Source: Longimicrobiales bacterium (GTDB lineage Bacteria; Gemmatimonadota; Gemmatimonadetes; Longimicrobiales; Gaopeijiaceae). From it: a DNA stretch of 64,000 nt. The stretch covers positions 32,001 to 96,000 of the forward strand of contig CBDFIQ010000002.1 of the NCBI GenBank assembly GCA_965248195.1. The letters run 5' to 3'. The notes beneath the pieces are model-generated. The model did not search any database. It was not told the DNA's origin and saw only the letters and a list, made by a program, of their open reading frames with translations. Made by a program: the position numbers and the translations under genes. This document shows, piece after piece, positions 62,754-64,000 of the stretch. Each line of letters starts with the position of its first letter. Within the stretch, counting starts at the first letter, position 1.

Positions 62754-63715
62754 GCTTTGCTAAAGGGCGCCCTCAGGGCGCGCAAACGCCAGAGTTGGGA
62801 CCGGATGATCATGGTGGTGGCGGCCCTCGCCAGGGGGTGACTGCTCTTTGGGACCTGAAGTGTGGGGGCATATCCCCCCGCTGAGAGGACCCGGGCTAGA
62901 AGGGCCTCGGTCTTCTCCAGTTGAGACCGCGAGAGGACGTCGTGGTAACGGCCTACGGCCGCCTTCGAGACGCCATGTAGAGCAGAGTCGAATCTCGAGT
63001 TTCCGAAATACTCGGCCCCGAGAACGGTCGGCATGGCAACGACGGGGTCGTAGGGAACGTCCAGAAACCGACAGACCTCCCGCATGACACGAACAGGGTC
63101 TTCTACGAGTCGTTCATAGGAAACTACGAGGAAGCGCGTGTCCTGCTCGTGTTGGGTCACGACCTGATGTGCGAGTCGCCCCGTGAGTGCCAGCTGAAAA
63201 ATGGAGCGCGACGGTTTCTGTTTCAGGGCGGAAGCGATCACGTCGCGAGGATCCCGGCGCATCACCAGAATTCGCGCGTCTGCCGGAAACCACCTCAGGA
63301 GTAGGTCGCACTCGTAGAGATGGCGTGGGGTCTTTTCCACCCACCGGGCTTCCTGAGACGACCGTGTAAGCTCCCGCCATGCCTCTACCAGGGCGAGCAA
63401 TCGCGCCCGCGGCCCCCGTGTCCGGTTGAATGCACGCTCGAGGGCCTCCTCGACATCCTCCCTCGACATGGATGGCCGGTGCCGGTGAATGGTGGTCCAA
63501 AGGTAAGTTCGGTCGAGCACGGCGGTGACCGGGTCTCCAGATCTAGCCCAGTCGAACAGGTGTGTCTCGAACGGGATGACGAGGAGTTGCGGATGATTAT
63601 CCAGCAGTGCCCGCAGCAGATTCGTGCCCGATCGCGGATGGCCGACGATGAAGGTCGCGGAGGCAGCGCTCCGGGCGTCCCTCGATCGGGGTACACCAGC
63701 ATCAGAACCGTTCAA
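62750..63715 (-). CDS. Sulfotransferase (Sulfotransfer_3-like)
   Basis: FIVGHPRSGTNLL (5'-PSB), WVEKTP, RDPRDVIAS (3'-PB), SYERLVEDP. Confidence 0.9.
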   Translation of the reverse strand: MNGSDAGVPRSRDARSAASATFIVGHPRSGTNLLRALLDNHPQLLVIPFETHLFDWARSGDPVTAVLDRTYLWTTIHRHRPSMSREDVEEALERAFNRTRGPRARLLALVEAWRELTRSSQEARWVEKTPRHLYECDLLLRWFPADARILVMRRDPRDVIASALKQKPSRSIFQLALTGRLAHQVVTQHEQDTRFLVVSYERLVEDPVRVMREVCRFLDVPYDPVVAMPTVLGAEYFGNSRFDSALHGVSKAAVGRYHDVLSRSQLEKTEALLARVLSAGGYAPTLQVPKSSHPLARAATTMIIRSQLWRLRALRAPFSKA

Positions 63716-64000
63716 GGTTCTTCAAATCGGTAACCGAAGTGATCGACGTGACGATGATACGCCTTGGCTACGATCTCTCGTGTTCGATCATCGTAGTACG
63801 CCGAATAGTGTTGCCGCTCGGGCCTGCTCTTCGACTTCAATGACGGAAGGTTGGATTGGGCTACTCCGATCCGTTCGCAGACCGACCTGTAGTCGTCCTG
63901 GAGATTCTCGTAGCGGATCACGAAGTCGAGCCCCATCGAGCCCGAACGGTCGAAGTAGAAACGATCGTTTGACGGATAAAAACGCAACATGTAAGTCACG
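63712..64000 (-). CDS. C-terminus of a Sulfotransfer_2-like protein (truncated by the window edge)
   Basis: DFVIRYENLQDD...HYSAYYDDRTREIV...FGYRF. Confidence 0.7.
   Translation of the reverse strand, partial: VTYMLRFYPSNDRFYFDRSGSMGLDFVIRYENLQDDYRSVCERIGVAQSNLPSLKSKSRPERQHYSAYYDDRTREIVAKAYHRHVDHFGYRFEEP

Overview
GC-rich bacterial window. The PadR/duplicated-permease pair, the carboxypeptidase-regulatory/TonB-plug proteins and the LRR and Sel1 repeat proteins suggest Gemmatimonadota or a similar lineage (inference). Housekeeping anchors are rnpB, tRNA-Arg(CCG), lysC and rtcB. Around them lies a mosaic accessory region: a decayed tyrosine-integrase element at the tRNA, four near-identical IS256 copies (one truncated), two IS5 copies (one with a nested IS256), one IS3, a merR-merB module without merA, a putative copper-regulated module, and a NosR-like/ApbE pair. 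The best candidate for an undescribed system is a tightly coupled 9-gene minus-strand operon (23791-34991). It encodes an MMPL transporter, a LolA-like carrier, an outer-membrane barrel, two GNAT-fold acyltransferases, a nitroreductase, a ThiF adenylyltransferase, a polytopic membrane protein and a RoxA-like di-haem cytochrome. It resembles a split, expanded N-acyl-amino-acid/oxazolone-type lipid pathway with its own export route. It is divergent from a cyclase-STAND-TPR protein, and its upstream operator-like motif recurs on the far side of that gene. All family calls come from motif recognition by eye; no database searches were run.
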